The translations under genes and the position numbers were made by a program. A DNA stretch of 64,000 nucleotides from a bacterium (GTDB lineage: Bacteria; Bacteroidota; Ignavibacteria; Kapaibacteriales; UBA2268), in contig JAUIIX010000001.1 of NCBI GenBank assembly GCA_030431515.1, positions 67,008-131,007 of the forward strand, read 5' to 3'. Shown here piece by piece: positions 45,366 to 56,400 of this stretch. How positions within the stretch are numbered: position 1 is the first letter of the stretch; every line of letters begins with the position of its first letter. Below the pieces are notes generated by a model. It was not told where the DNA came from, ran no database searches, and was given only the letters and a program-made list of their open reading frames with translations.

Positions 45366-46166
45366 TTAGTAAATCCTATCAGGATATAAAGTCATTAAAA
45401 ATGTGTATAATTGCTCTTGCATTCCCTCAAGTGAATACTTTGCAATCAATATAAATAGTGGCACTGATGCCGCTAATACTAATAAACCAACTGCTACTTT
45501 CAGTTGGAAACTCAAAATAAATATATTAGTTTGAGGTGCTACCCTTGCAAGTAAAGCAAGTGATAGATTTGTTAAAAATAATGATATTAAAATAGGCGAA
45601 GCCATCTTTATTCCAAGAATAAATACTGACGTTGCCATTTTCATAAAAATAGTTACAGTGCTTGTAGTAATTGCCATTGTAGTTAATGGTATAGCTTTAA
45701 CTGATAAAAATATTGCTTCAAAAAGGTAATGATGTCCATTTATAAATAAAAATACCATCAATACCATTAATTCTTTCACTTCACCAACAAGAGATGGTGA
45801 TGAATTATCTCTATCAAATAATGTTGCAGTTTGGTATCCCATATCCATATCGATTAGTCCACCAGCCATACGTGCTGACCAAAAAACAGAGTTTGCTACA
45901 AAACCAATCATAAGACCGACAAAAAATTCTTTGAATACAATAAATATTAAATTCCATAAGTGAAATTCGATTGTAGGGTGTTCTTTCCATAAAGCAGAAG
46001 TTACAATAGTAGCCAAGATAAGAGACAGCATTATCTTTACATGAGGAATAATAGCCGAAGACCTGAATAATGGCGCAGTGGTCATTATACCAGTTATTCT
46101 GATAAATATGAGCATTCCAACAATGAATTTACCCATAAAAAACATGACTGTTGAGTCATCTACCAA
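45366..46166 (-). CDS. fliR: Flagellar export apparatus protein FliR
   Basis: A polytopic membrane protein of about 260 aa directly upstream of flhB, with FliR-like blocks (FIRITGIMTTAPLF, ARVAPQTNIF). Confidence 0.85.
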   Translation of the reverse strand: MVDDSTVMFFMGKFIVGMLIFIRITGIMTTAPLFRSSAIIPHVKIMLSLILATIVTSALWKEHPTIEFHLWNLIFIVFKEFFVGLMIGFVANSVFWSARMAGGLIDMDMGYQTATLFDRDNSSPSLVGEVKELMVLMVFLFINGHHYLFEAIFLSVKAIPLTTMAITTSTVTIFMKMATSVFILGIKMASPILISLFLTNLSLALLARVAPQTNIFILSFQLKVAVGLLVLAASVPLFILIAKYSLEGMQEQLYTFLMTLYPDRIY

Positions 46167-46269
46167 TCTAAAACCCTTTAGTTTATAGAATTAAAAATAC
46201 AGAATATTATTGAAATTCAAATCTTAATATAATTTGAAAATCAATAAAGATAATTAATTCTTTATTTAT

Positions 46270-46297
46270 TTGACATACTTGTCTAAGTCTTTACATT
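46270..46297 (+). promoter_or_regulatory. Candidate sigma-70-like promoter for the M16 peptidase gene
   Basis: TTGACA-N16-TACATT lies about 120 nt upstream of the ATG at 46415. The promoter rules of this lineage are unknown to me. Confidence 0.25.
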
Positions 46298-46414
46298 ATT
46301 TATGCCAAAATTATTTTTATGCTCGATTAAAATAAATCCTTATCTTTGTAACTTATTATATAACTCAAACGTTATATAGTTCTAATGGTAAATTATTAAA
46401 TTATTGGAAAAATT

Positions 46415-49345
46415 ATGAAAACTTTGTTAACTTTTTTACTGATTGGATTATTTGGAATAAATTCAGTTAGTTCGGCAAAAGGTGTAAGTAAAACTGCTAC
46501 AGATAAGAATGGTTATACTTACCAATATGTAGAAAATGACCCTATACAAGCAAGAATTTATACTCTTAAAAATGGCTTGAAAGTTTATTTATCTCAAAAT
46601 GATGAAACTCCAAAAATCAGCACTCAAATAGCTGTTAAAGCTGGTTCTACTTATGACCCCGCTCAGACGACTGGTCTTGCTCACTACTTGGAGCACATGC
46701 TTTTCAAAGGTACAAGTAAAATTGGTGCTTTAGATTGGGAAAAAGAAAAAGTCCTTTTAAAACAAATCAGTGATTTATATGAAAAACATAGAAATGAAAC
46801 TGACCCTGAGAAGAAAAAAGCAATCTATAAAGAAATTGACAAAGTTTCTAATGAGGCAGCTAAATTAGTTGCAGCAAATGAGCTTGATAAAATGGTAACT
46901 TCGCTTGGTGCAAGTGGAACTAATGCTTTCACTTCTACAGAAAGAACTGTTTATATTAACACTATTCCTTCTAACGAGTTAGAAAAATGGTTGCAATTAG
47001 AGAAAGAAAGATTTAGTGAATTAGTTTTAAGATTATTTCATACTGAAATAGAAGCGGTTTACGAAGAATTTAATATGAGTCAAGATAATGACTTTAGAAC
47101 AGAATATTATGCTGCATTAGGAGAATTATTTAAAAAGCACCCTTATGGAACTCAAACTACTATTGGTACTGCTGAGCATTTAAAAAATCCAAGTTTAGTT
47201 AATATTCATAATTATTTTGAAAAATATTATGTTCCAAATAATATGGCAGTAATTCTTGCTGGTGATTTAGATTATGATATGACTATCAAGTTAATAGATA
47301 AGTATATGGGTGGAATGAAAACTAAAGCTGTTGCACCAAATATATTACCTAAAGAAGACCCAATAACTAAACACAGAGTTAAAACTGTTTTTGGTCCTGA
47401 TAGAGAATATGCTTCTATGAGTTTCAGATTTGATGGAATTAAATCTGACCAAAGAAAATACGTAGAAATGATTGATATGATTTTGAGTAATAGACAAGCA
47501 GGTATCATTGATATTGATTTAGTTTTAGATCAAAAAGTGCTTGGTGCATCTTGTTCTCCTAATTTTGAAAATGATTATGGATTCCATAGATTTACTGTAT
47601 ATCCAAAACAAGGTCAATCTTTAGAAGAGGGAATTGAATTACTAAAAGGTACAATTGAGAAAGTTAAAAAAGGTGATTTTGAAGATTGGTTAATGGAAGC
47701 TGTTATCAAAGACCTTAAGTTAAATAAAATTAGAGGTTACGAAAGTAATGGTGCAAGAGTAAATGAAATGCAAAATTTATTTATTCATAATTTGAATTGG
47801 GAAGAAGAAATAGCACATATTGATGAATTAGATAAATTAACAAAAAAAGAATTAGTTGATTTTGCTAATAAATATTATAAAGAAAATTATGTTGTTATTT
47901 ATAAAAAGCAAGGTCCAAATCCAGATGTAGTGAAGGTTGAAAAACCAGAAATTACTCCTGTTAGTTTAAATAGAGAAGATGAATCTGCTTTCTTTAAGGA
48001 ATTTAAAGAAACAAGTTCTCCAAGATTAACTCCACAATTTATAGATTATAAGAGCTTAATAAAATCTACAAATATTTCAGACAATGTAAAACTTGATTAT
48101 ATCAAAAATACAAATAATGAATTATTTAATATGTCTTATATACTTGATATGGGTGGACATCACGATAAAGAATTATCTATTGCTGCTGGATATATCGAGT
48201 ACCTTGGAACTAATAAACTTGCTCCAAAAGACTTTAAAAAAGAATTATATAAAAATGGAATTAACTTTGGTGTTAATACTTCTGATGAAAGAACTTATGT
48301 TACAATCTCTGGATTAGATGAAAGTTTTGAAAAATCATTAGAAATATTTGAAGACTTAATGGCAAATGCCGTTGCTAACAAAGAAGCTTATGAAGATTAT
48401 ATCAATAATATCCTAAAAAATAGAGAAGAAAATAAAAATAATAAAGGTGCTATATTGTATGGTGGCTTATTAAATATGGCTACTGAAGGTAAAACAAATA
48501 GCTTTAACGATGTAATTTCTGAAGAGAAATTGAGATCAATGACTGCTGAGCAAATGGTTGAAAAAATTAAGAGCATTTTTAATTACAAACATTATGCTTT
48601 TTATTACGGACCTCGTAGCATTGAAAATGTAGCTAAAGCTGCTGCTAAATATCATAAAATTAAAGCTAACTTAAAAGATTACCCTGCTAAAAAAGAATAT
48701 CCAGAAGTTGCAACTGGTAACAAAGTTATGTTTGCTCACTATCCTATGGTTCAAACTAATTTATTTTTAGTAGCTAAAGATACTAAATTTGATAAAAATG
48801 ATTTAGACAAAGCAAGTATCTTTGCTGAGTATTTTGGATCAGGTTTATCGTCTATAGTATTCCAAGAAATAAGAGAAACTAAAGCACTTGCTTATTCTGC
48901 TTATTCACAATATGCTACTGCATCTAAAAAAGATAAGAGTAACTATGTGTATGCATTTATCGGTACTCAAGCTAATAAATTGAAAGATGCGATTGCAGCA
49001 ATGCAAGAGTTATTAAATAAAATGCCACACGCAGTAAACCAATTTAATGGTGCGAGAGAAGCTGCTTTAAAGAAAATAGAATCTCAAAGAATTACTAAAT
49101 CTTCTATTTATTGGAATTATAAAAGTAATTTAGAAAGAGGAATTGACTATGATATTAGAAAAGAATTATATAATAACATCAAGAATATGAAAATTGAAGA
49201 CTTGGATAAATTCTTCCAAAAACATATTTCAAAAGATAATTTCACTTTCTGTCTGATGGGTGATAGAGAAAATATTAACTTTGATGAATTGAAAAAATTC
49301 GGTGAAGTAGTTGAGTTCAACTTAGAAGATTTATTTGGATATTAA
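46415..49345 (+). CDS. Secreted M16 (insulinase/pitrilysin) family zinc peptidase, double-length form
   Basis: Has a signal peptide and the inverted zinc motif HYLEHMLFKGT (HxxEH). Its ~970-aa length is consistent with four M16 half-domains. Confidence 0.88.
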   Translation: MKTLLTFLLIGLFGINSVSSAKGVSKTATDKNGYTYQYVENDPIQARIYTLKNGLKVYLSQNDETPKISTQIAVKAGSTYDPAQTTGLAHYLEHMLFKGTSKIGALDWEKEKVLLKQISDLYEKHRNETDPEKKKAIYKEIDKVSNEAAKLVAANELDKMVTSLGASGTNAFTSTERTVYINTIPSNELEKWLQLEKERFSELVLRLFHTEIEAVYEEFNMSQDNDFRTEYYAALGELFKKHPYGTQTTIGTAEHLKNPSLVNIHNYFEKYYVPNNMAVILAGDLDYDMTIKLIDKYMGGMKTKAVAPNILPKEDPITKHRVKTVFGPDREYASMSFRFDGIKSDQRKYVEMIDMILSNRQAGIIDIDLVLDQKVLGASCSPNFENDYGFHRFTVYPKQGQSLEEGIELLKGTIEKVKKGDFEDWLMEAVIKDLKLNKIRGYESNGARVNEMQNLFIHNLNWEEEIAHIDELDKLTKKELVDFANKYYKENYVVIYKKQGPNPDVVKVEKPEITPVSLNREDESAFFKEFKETSSPRLTPQFIDYKSLIKSTNISDNVKLDYIKNTNNELFNMSYILDMGGHHDKELSIAAGYIEYLGTNKLAPKDFKKELYKNGINFGVNTSDERTYVTISGLDESFEKSLEIFEDLMANAVANKEAYEDYINNILKNREENKNNKGAILYGGLLNMATEGKTNSFNDVISEEKLRSMTAEQMVEKIKSIFNYKHYAFYYGPRSIENVAKAAAKYHKIKANLKDYPAKKEYPEVATGNKVMFAHYPMVQTNLFLVAKDTKFDKNDLDKASIFAEYFGSGLSSIVFQEIRETKALAYSAYSQYATASKKDKSNYVYAFIGTQANKLKDAIAAMQELLNKMPHAVNQFNGAREAALKKIESQRITKSSIYWNYKSNLERGIDYDIRKELYNNIKNMKIEDLDKFFQKHISKDNFTFCLMGDRENINFDELKKFGEVVEFNLEDLFGY

Positions 49346-49370
49346 AAGTCACAAATAAGAACCCCAAACT

Positions 49371-49400
49371 AAGCCCATTCACAAGATGGGCTTTTTTTTT
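49371..49400 (+). terminator. Intrinsic terminator after the M16 peptidase gene
   Basis: AAGCCCAT-TCACAAG-ATGGGCTT followed by a T-run. Confidence 0.7.
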
Positions 49401-49479
49401 ATATAATTTTGTTAAAGTAAAATAAAATTCATAATTTAAGAACTTATCGAAGTATTTTTAAATTTTATTAGGTAAAAAA

Positions 49480-51033
49480 ATGAAAATTATATACATATTA
49501 TTAATATTTCTTTTTGCATTTACTGCTTATTCGAAAATTAATAAAATAACTCCTAATACAGGAGCCCCTGGAATTTCTGTTGATGATTACTTTTTCGTTC
49601 CTTATGCTTTAAGTGCAGATGGAAATAATCCAGTAGTTCAATCAGCTATTTTGAGAATAAAGAATGAATGCGAAGGGACAGATGGAACTCATCCTCTTAT
49701 TATTATTGGTTATACTGAACCTACTCTTAAAGAATATACTCACAATTTACCTGTTATAAATGAAGATAATCCTTTAACTTTAATCCCAGGAGAAGAACAA
49801 ACATTTAGAGTTAATTTTGCTCCCACAAAAGTTGGAAATTTTTTAGATTCTATTGTATTTCAAACTGATACCGACTGGGGTTGTGATAATGTTTGTATTT
49901 TGGGTGCTAAATCGCTTGATGTTGGGTTATTTTCACAAGAATATGATTGGGGTAAAGTAAGAATTAATTATTCAAAACAACCAACAAATATATATGAACC
50001 AATAGGAAGTGAGTTAATTACTGTAATAAACACTTCAACAGGCGAACTAGCTAATAATTTAATAATCAGTAATATAATATTTGAAAGTGTAAAAGGTCCT
50101 GCAGGAACTAATAAAGGGTTTGATGGGTTTTCATTTGAAAGTAATTTTGTAACAAAGTTACCTTCAAACTCAAATAATTATTTTAAGAATATTAGAATAG
50201 AACCAATCCAAAAATCAATTCAAAGAAAAATTTATTTCAGACCTACAATCGTTGGTGAGTATGAGATAACTTATTATTTCAATAGTAATGGAGAAATTAA
50301 AGGGGAAGAATCAAGATACGTAATCAAAGGGCATGGTATTGTTCCAAATTTATACTTGTATCATGATGATAATGGTACTGAAAATACAGATATTGTGAAT
50401 TTTGGCTCTGTAGAGGCAGGTAAACCAGCAGAAGCAGTTCGTAAAACTTTAACAATAACTAACCAACCGAAAGATATTGAAAATGGAGATGTTTTAACGA
50501 TTTATTCTATTGATTGGGGTGCAAATGCTACAACAGATATTAATGAACTTGGTGTATCTAAAAACTTTTATTTTGACGAAGCTAAAATATTAGCTGATCT
50601 TGGTGGTTCTGGAGCTTACCCAATTTCATTAGGAATCGGAGAGTCATTTAATATAGATGTTACTTATTTTACAAATGAAGAAGATATGGTTCATTCTAAT
50701 AATATTTTAATTGATTCTGATGCAGATGATTCTGGCTTGTCTGGCAAGTACAATGATAATATTACGTTAACTGGCAATTCTGTTATTAATTCGGTTAAAC
50801 AAAATAAAACAAACAATAACTTCTACCCTAACCCAGCAAATAATTTTATTACTTTTGATAAATCAATTAAAGGCAATATAGAAATCTATAATTTATTAGG
50901 TGAAAAAGTCCGTGATTTTGAATCTAACTTAAAATCTACATTTGATATTAGTAATCTCCAAAATGGTATTTACATAATCAAATACAAGATTAATGGACAA
51001 TTTTACTCTGAGAAATTGAGTGTGAGTAGGTGA
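49480..51033 (+). CDS. Secreted T9SS cargo protein with Ig-like (ASH / choice-of-anchor-D-like) domains, paralogue 1
   Basis: Has a signal peptide. Motifs: QSAILRIKNEC.G, F.V.F.P...GNF.DSIVFQTD...CDNVC. Por_Secre_tail end: FYPNPANNFITF...GIYIIKY. Confidence 0.75.
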   Translation: MKIIYILLIFLFAFTAYSKINKITPNTGAPGISVDDYFFVPYALSADGNNPVVQSAILRIKNECEGTDGTHPLIIIGYTEPTLKEYTHNLPVINEDNPLTLIPGEEQTFRVNFAPTKVGNFLDSIVFQTDTDWGCDNVCILGAKSLDVGLFSQEYDWGKVRINYSKQPTNIYEPIGSELITVINTSTGELANNLIISNIIFESVKGPAGTNKGFDGFSFESNFVTKLPSNSNNYFKNIRIEPIQKSIQRKIYFRPTIVGEYEITYYFNSNGEIKGEESRYVIKGHGIVPNLYLYHDDNGTENTDIVNFGSVEAGKPAEAVRKTLTITNQPKDIENGDVLTIYSIDWGANATTDINELGVSKNFYFDEAKILADLGGSGAYPISLGIGESFNIDVTYFTNEEDMVHSNNILIDSDADDSGLSGKYNDNITLTGNSVINSVKQNKTNNNFYPNPANNFITFDKSIKGNIEIYNLLGEKVRDFESNLKSTFDISNLQNGIYIIKYKINGQFYSEKLSVSR

Positions 51034-52268
51034 TGAAAATTAAATACATAATATTATTATTATTTCTTTTTACAATGTCTATAGAATCTCAACTCAGACT
51101 TATTGATGAAAAAAATCAATCTACCACTATTGAAATGGAAAATTTTCAAATCAATCAAGCTGATAACAATTCTATTAGTATAAAAGAAAAAACAACTTCA
51201 AAAATAAATACTATTCCTAACTCAAGAATTACGGTTGACGATTGGGTCGTAAAATATCAAATATTAAGACCTGATGGAATTAACTCTGCTATTCAATCAG
51301 CTTATATAAGAATTAAAAATAATTGTTATGGTGAAATAGGAACTAAAGAATTAAAAATAATTGCTTATTCATCAATAACAACCCCTGAGTTTAAACATAA
51401 TTTACCAATAGTAGATGATACTAACCCAATAATTATAAGTCAATACGAAAGAGATTTTGTATTTAGTACTAGTTTTACCGTAAATAATGTTGGTAATTAC
51501 CAAGACTCAATTATATTTACTACAGAAAACGCTATTAATTGTGACAATGTATGTGTTTTAAATATAAAAGCAATTGCATCAAACTTATATTTATTTCATA
51601 ATGATGAAGGGACTGAAACAACTGATGATTTGGATTTTGGAACTATTACAAGTAGTAATCCAAAAGTAAGAATAACGAAAAAAATAAAGCTAGTTAATAA
51701 TCCTAATATTTATGGCTTTGGATGTATTTTGACCATACATGCAATAAATTGGGGTACAAAATCGACAACTGATTCAGCTAAAATTGGTTATTCTGACAAT
51801 GAATTTTATATAAATGAACAGAAAATGTTTAAAGATTTAAGGCAATCAGGATATCCTCTTTTACTTGGGATTGGACAATCTGTTGATGTGGAAGTAACTT
51901 ATTATACTAATCAATATAATACTGAACATAGAAATACTATCACAATTGAATCTGATGCAGATGAAAGTGGAGTAAGTGGTAAATTCAATAATACAATTAC
52001 TTTATTAGGAAACGCAAAATCTTCAAGTGTTATTAATAAGCAAACAACTTCCAACTTCTTCCCTAATCCTGCAAATAATACCATTACTTTTGATAAATCA
52101 ATTAAAGGCAATATAGAAATCTTTAATTTATTAGGTGAAAAAGTCCGTGATTTTGAATCTAACTTAAAATCTACATTTGATATTAGTAATCTCCAAAATG
52201 GTGTTTACATTATCAAATACAAAATTGATGGACAATATTACTCTGAGAAGTTGAGTGTGAGTAGGTGA
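51033..52268 (+). CDS. Secreted T9SS cargo protein, paralogue 2 (lacks the middle domain of paralogue 1)
   Basis: I prefer the ATG at 51033, which overlaps the upstream TGA (TGATG). It has the same domain blocks as 49480..51033 and a nearly identical C-terminal domain. Confidence 0.75.
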   Translation: MKIKYIILLLFLFTMSIESQLRLIDEKNQSTTIEMENFQINQADNNSISIKEKTTSKINTIPNSRITVDDWVVKYQILRPDGINSAIQSAYIRIKNNCYGEIGTKELKIIAYSSITTPEFKHNLPIVDDTNPIIISQYERDFVFSTSFTVNNVGNYQDSIIFTTENAINCDNVCVLNIKAIASNLYLFHNDEGTETTDDLDFGTITSSNPKVRITKKIKLVNNPNIYGFGCILTIHAINWGTKSTTDSAKIGYSDNEFYINEQKMFKDLRQSGYPLLLGIGQSVDVEVTYYTNQYNTEHRNTITIESDADESGVSGKFNNTITLLGNAKSSSVINKQTTSNFFPNPANNTITFDKSIKGNIEIFNLLGEKVRDFESNLKSTFDISNLQNGVYIIKYKIDGQYYSEKLSVSR

Positions 52269-52276
52269 TTTATATT

Positions 52277-52300
52277 GCCCATTTATAGTGGGCTTTTTTT
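52277..52300 (+). terminator. Intrinsic terminator after the paralogue pair
   Basis: GCCCA-TTTATAG-TGGGC followed by T7. Confidence 0.65.
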
Positions 52301-52484
52301 ATGGTTAATATATTTATCCTTAATTTTGTGATTATCTTATAAATTAAATGAAAATATTAAAACTGAAATTCAAAATATTGCTTTAGAGTTAGGATTTGAT
52401 TTAGTCAAATTTACTAAATATAAAAAGTTAACTTCTCAAATTGATAACTTCAAGGATTATATAAAAAATAATTATCATGCTGAT

Positions 52485-53273
52485 ATGCATTGGCTTGGAA
52501 GGTCTAATGACAAAAGAGAAGATGTTAAGTTAGTCTTTGAAAATGTGAAATCAATTATTGTACTTGCTACATCTTATAATCTGGGAATTCATCACTTGCC
52601 AAATATCAAAGAAGGGAAAATTTCGAGATATGCTTGGGGTAGAGATTATCATAAGGTGTTGGATAAAAAAACTCGAAAACTAAGACTTAGGTTAAAAGAT
52701 TTAGGAATTGATGCTAAATTTTATACTGATACAGGACCTTGTATGGATAAACAGTGGGCTGTTGAAGCTGGATTGGGTTGGCAAGGTAAAAATGGACTAG
52801 TCTTAAATAAGAAACTTGGCTCCTACTTTTTTATCAGTGTTGGTTTTTTAGATACTGAAATAGAAGAAGATAAGCCATATCAAGATTTTTGTGGTGCTTG
52901 TACAAAATGCATTAGTGCCTGTCCGACTGGTGCAATTATTCAAGATAAAGTAGTCGATGCTAATAAATGTATTTCTTATTGGACAATTGAATCAACAACA
53001 GACAAGTTTCCAAAAGAAATTTCAGACAATCTGAATAACTGGGCATTTGGTTGTGATATTTGTCAGGAAGTTTGCCCTTGGAATAACCACAAGAACAAAT
53101 TATCTCAAGAATTTAACTTTTTGCCCAAAGAAAACGAAACAACCTTTGAATATGAGAAGATCAAAAATATGACTGAAGAAGAGTTTAATATAAGATATTT
53201 ATCTACTCCGATGAAAAGAACAAAACTATCTGGAATTAAAAGAAATATGGAAGAAATCAGAGGGAAAGTTTAG
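52485..53273 (+). CDS. queG: Epoxyqueuosine reductase QueG. The ORF as given lacks about 45 conserved N-terminal residues, which are encoded in frame upstream.
   Basis: Motifs ISRYAWGRDYH, TDTGP..DK.WAVEAGLGWQGKN, and the 4Fe-4S motifs CG.C.KC..ACPT and CDICQEVCPWN. The frame is open back to 52332 and encodes NIKTEIQNIALELGFDLV. Confidence 0.88.
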   Translation: MHWLGRSNDKREDVKLVFENVKSIIVLATSYNLGIHHLPNIKEGKISRYAWGRDYHKVLDKKTRKLRLRLKDLGIDAKFYTDTGPCMDKQWAVEAGLGWQGKNGLVLNKKLGSYFFISVGFLDTEIEEDKPYQDFCGACTKCISACPTGAIIQDKVVDANKCISYWTIESTTDKFPKEISDNLNNWAFGCDICQEVCPWNNHKNKLSQEFNFLPKENETTFEYEKIKNMTEEEFNIRYLSTPMKRTKLSGIKRNMEEIRGKV

Positions 53274-53371
53274 GGTTGCTTTGTCCATAATTTTATTTTT
53301 TTTAATGAACTGATTTAAAAATTACAATAGCAATTTCTGGTAGATTCTAAAAGGAGTTGTGAATAAAAATC

Positions 53372-53397
53372 TATAAAAAAAGGAGCCGAAGCTCCTT
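53372..53397 (-). terminator. Intrinsic terminator with a UUCG tetraloop (identical to 39392-39417)
   Basis: The same 26 nt, TATAAAAAAAGGAGCCGAAGCTCCTT, on the plus strand. It lies immediately downstream of the stop of 53401..56604. Confidence 0.7.
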
Positions 53398-53400
53398 ATT

Positions 53401-56400
53401 TTATTTTTCTATCTTTTTGTAGTTTTTAAATATTTGATTATCAAGACTTTCGATTTTACTTTGATATTCTACCCAGTCTTTTTCAAAGAATTTGTTGGAA
53501 TCTTCGATTAGTGTATCTAATTGAGTTCGGCATTTTTTCATTAGATTCTCTATATTTGAGCCAGGTTTGTAATCACTTGAATTGATGTAATATTCAGCAC
53601 TTGAAAGATTTCCATTTAATATGTCTGGTCTTCTGAATATTCCTTGTTTATCTTTCTTTTTTCCAAATAGTATTTCTTGAACTTCATCTATTTTTTCAGC
53701 CAATGAGTCATTTAATTCTTTTACTTTTTTTATTACTTCTTTATCTGACTTTGAATAGTTTTTTTCTATAATTGATATTGACTCTTTTACTTCTCTAAAT
53801 CTATCTGCGATTTCTGTTGTTGTTTCTATTAACTTGTATAATTCTTGCAATTTCGCTTGTTGTGAATTAAATACATTCAAATCAAATTCTGAACGAAGAT
53901 CATATTTTACTTCAACCGAGTTTGTATCAAAATCACCTTGATATTCCAGAATTAAATTATATTTGCCTGGTTGAATAGGATGGCCACCATATTCAACGAA
54001 TTTAGTAGCTTTCTTTTGATTAGGGTAACGAATTTTTTTAGCATCAAGCCCCCATTCTATTATGTTAAGTCCATCTTCTACATTTTGTCTTAATTCTCTG
54101 ATAGGGTTCCAAGCTAAATCGTAAACTATTAGTCTTACTTGATTATCTTTTAGTTCAAATTCTTCATTTTCTTCTTTATCATCTTTGACATTTACTTCAT
54201 TATCTTCGTCATCTAATTCTGTTTTTTCTTTGCTTTTCTTATCTGTATTTTTCTTTTTATCTGTAGAATTTATATAAAATTGAATACGTGCATTAGATGA
54301 TATATTAGCACCTTTGTATGTTGCATCTGCGTCAAATCTTGCTCCAGTACTTCTTCTCCAAGTTGCTATATAAGCATCTTGAATTGGAAAAGAATGAAGT
54401 TTCTGCTTTAAGATTGAATTGTCTTTTGCAATTTCTTGAAAAGGAGCAATATTATCAAAAACCCAAGCAGCTCTACCGTATGTTCCAAGCACTAAGTCGT
54501 TATAATCTTTGTTATAAGCCATATCCATAGTTGGACAAGCAGGGTATCCAACTTTCCATTTTTTCCAAGTTTTCCCAGCATCAAATGAAATGAACAATCC
54601 ATTTTCAGTACCAAGAAAATATAGATTTGGCGATTTTACATCTTGCCAGAATGACAAAGTATAAGAGTCAATATTCTTCCCTGCTACGATGTTAGTCCAA
54701 GATTTACCTAAATCTTTTGTATGAAATAAATAAGCATTCATATCACCTTGTCTGTAATTATTTACAATGGCGAAAGCTTCGTTTTCATTATAGATTGAAG
54801 GCAAAAGGTAAGGCACCCAAGGAGTCTTAGGATAATTAGGAATATTCTTTATTGTATTAGTCCAGTTTTTACCACCATCGGTAGTTACTTGAATATTACC
54901 ATCGTCAGTACTAACCCAAATTAAATCTTTTTTAATTTTAGAAGGTGAGATACTTAAAATTGTAGTGTGATTTTCAGCACCTGTTACATCGTAAGTTAGA
55001 CCGCCCGACTCTCTTTGATTTTGTTTTGTAGTATCATTTGTTGTTAAGTCTGGAGAAATAGCTTCCCAATCATTACCATAATTAGTTGATTTATGTACAA
55101 ATTGCGAGCCATAATAAACTGTTTTATTATCAAATGGGTCTTGAGAAATTGCTGCGTTCCAATTGAATCTTAAAGGAACATCATTAAATTGAGTTGGTTT
55201 GATAAAATTAGTTTTTCCAGTTTCCAAATCATAACGCATCAAGTTACCTTCTTGGTACATAGAGTAACCATAACGAGAGTCACTTGCATCAGGTACAACA
55301 TCAAAGCCATCACCAAAAGTTAATTCCTGCCAATATGAATTTCTAATTCCACCTTGTCGCCAAACACGAGAGGGTCCTATCCATGAGCCATTATCTTGCA
55401 TACCACCATAAATATTATATGGTATTGCATTATCGACACTTATATGATAAAATTGAGCAACTGGAATATTCTCAATAAATCTCCAAGATTTACCCATATC
55501 CCAAGTTATGTTCAAGCCACCGTCATTTCCGTCAATCATAAATTTAGGATTTTCTGGGTCTATCCAAAAGGCGTGGTGGTCAGGGTGAACCCCAGAATAA
55601 GGAACAATTACTTCCCAAGTTTTACCACCATCTTCTGAACGAGAAATAACAGAGTATAAAGAGTAAATTCTGTTTTCATTTTGAGGGTCAACATAAATTT
55701 CAGAATAGTAAAAAGGGCGATTCCCAAAATTTGAAGTAGTCATTAATTTCCAAGACTCTCCACCATCTTCCGACTTATAAAAGCCATTTTTCTTTGCTTC
55801 TACTATTGCATAAACTATGTTATTTCTATTAGTTGCGATTGCTAAACCAATTCGACCTAAAGTTCCTTCTGGCAATCCATCTGTAACTTTTTTCCAATTT
55901 TTACCTGCATCATAAGTAATATATATGCCTGAACCTTTACCACCAGAATTGAAGAAGTATGGTTTTCTTTGGTGTTCCCACATTGTTGCAATCATTTTAT
56001 TCGGATTAATAGGATCAACTACTAAATCAGAACAACCTGTTAAATCATTAATATAAAGGACTTTTTCCCAAGTATCGCCACCATTTGTAGTTTTGAAGAT
56101 ACCACGTTCTTCTGAATTATACCAAGGGTTTCCAATCACTCCAGCGAAAACAATATCAGGATTTTCTCTATTAATAATAATTCTATGTATATTACTTGAG
56201 TTTTTCAATCCTTTAAATTGCCATGTTTTACCACCATCAATAGACTTATAAATCCCTTTCCCAGAATTTAAAGAATTACGAGGATTCCCTTCGCCAGTTC
56301 CAACCCATAAAACATCTGGATTAGATTGCTGAATTTTAAATGCTCCTATTGATTGAACTTCAACAGAATCAAAAATTGGAAACCAAGTAATTCCACCGCT

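Noticed and set aside
46167-46414. A sigma-28 or sigma-54 promoter upstream of fliR
   Set aside because: On the relevant strand I found no GCCGATAA-like -10 element with TAAA at the right spacing, and no TGGCAC-N5-TTGC element.
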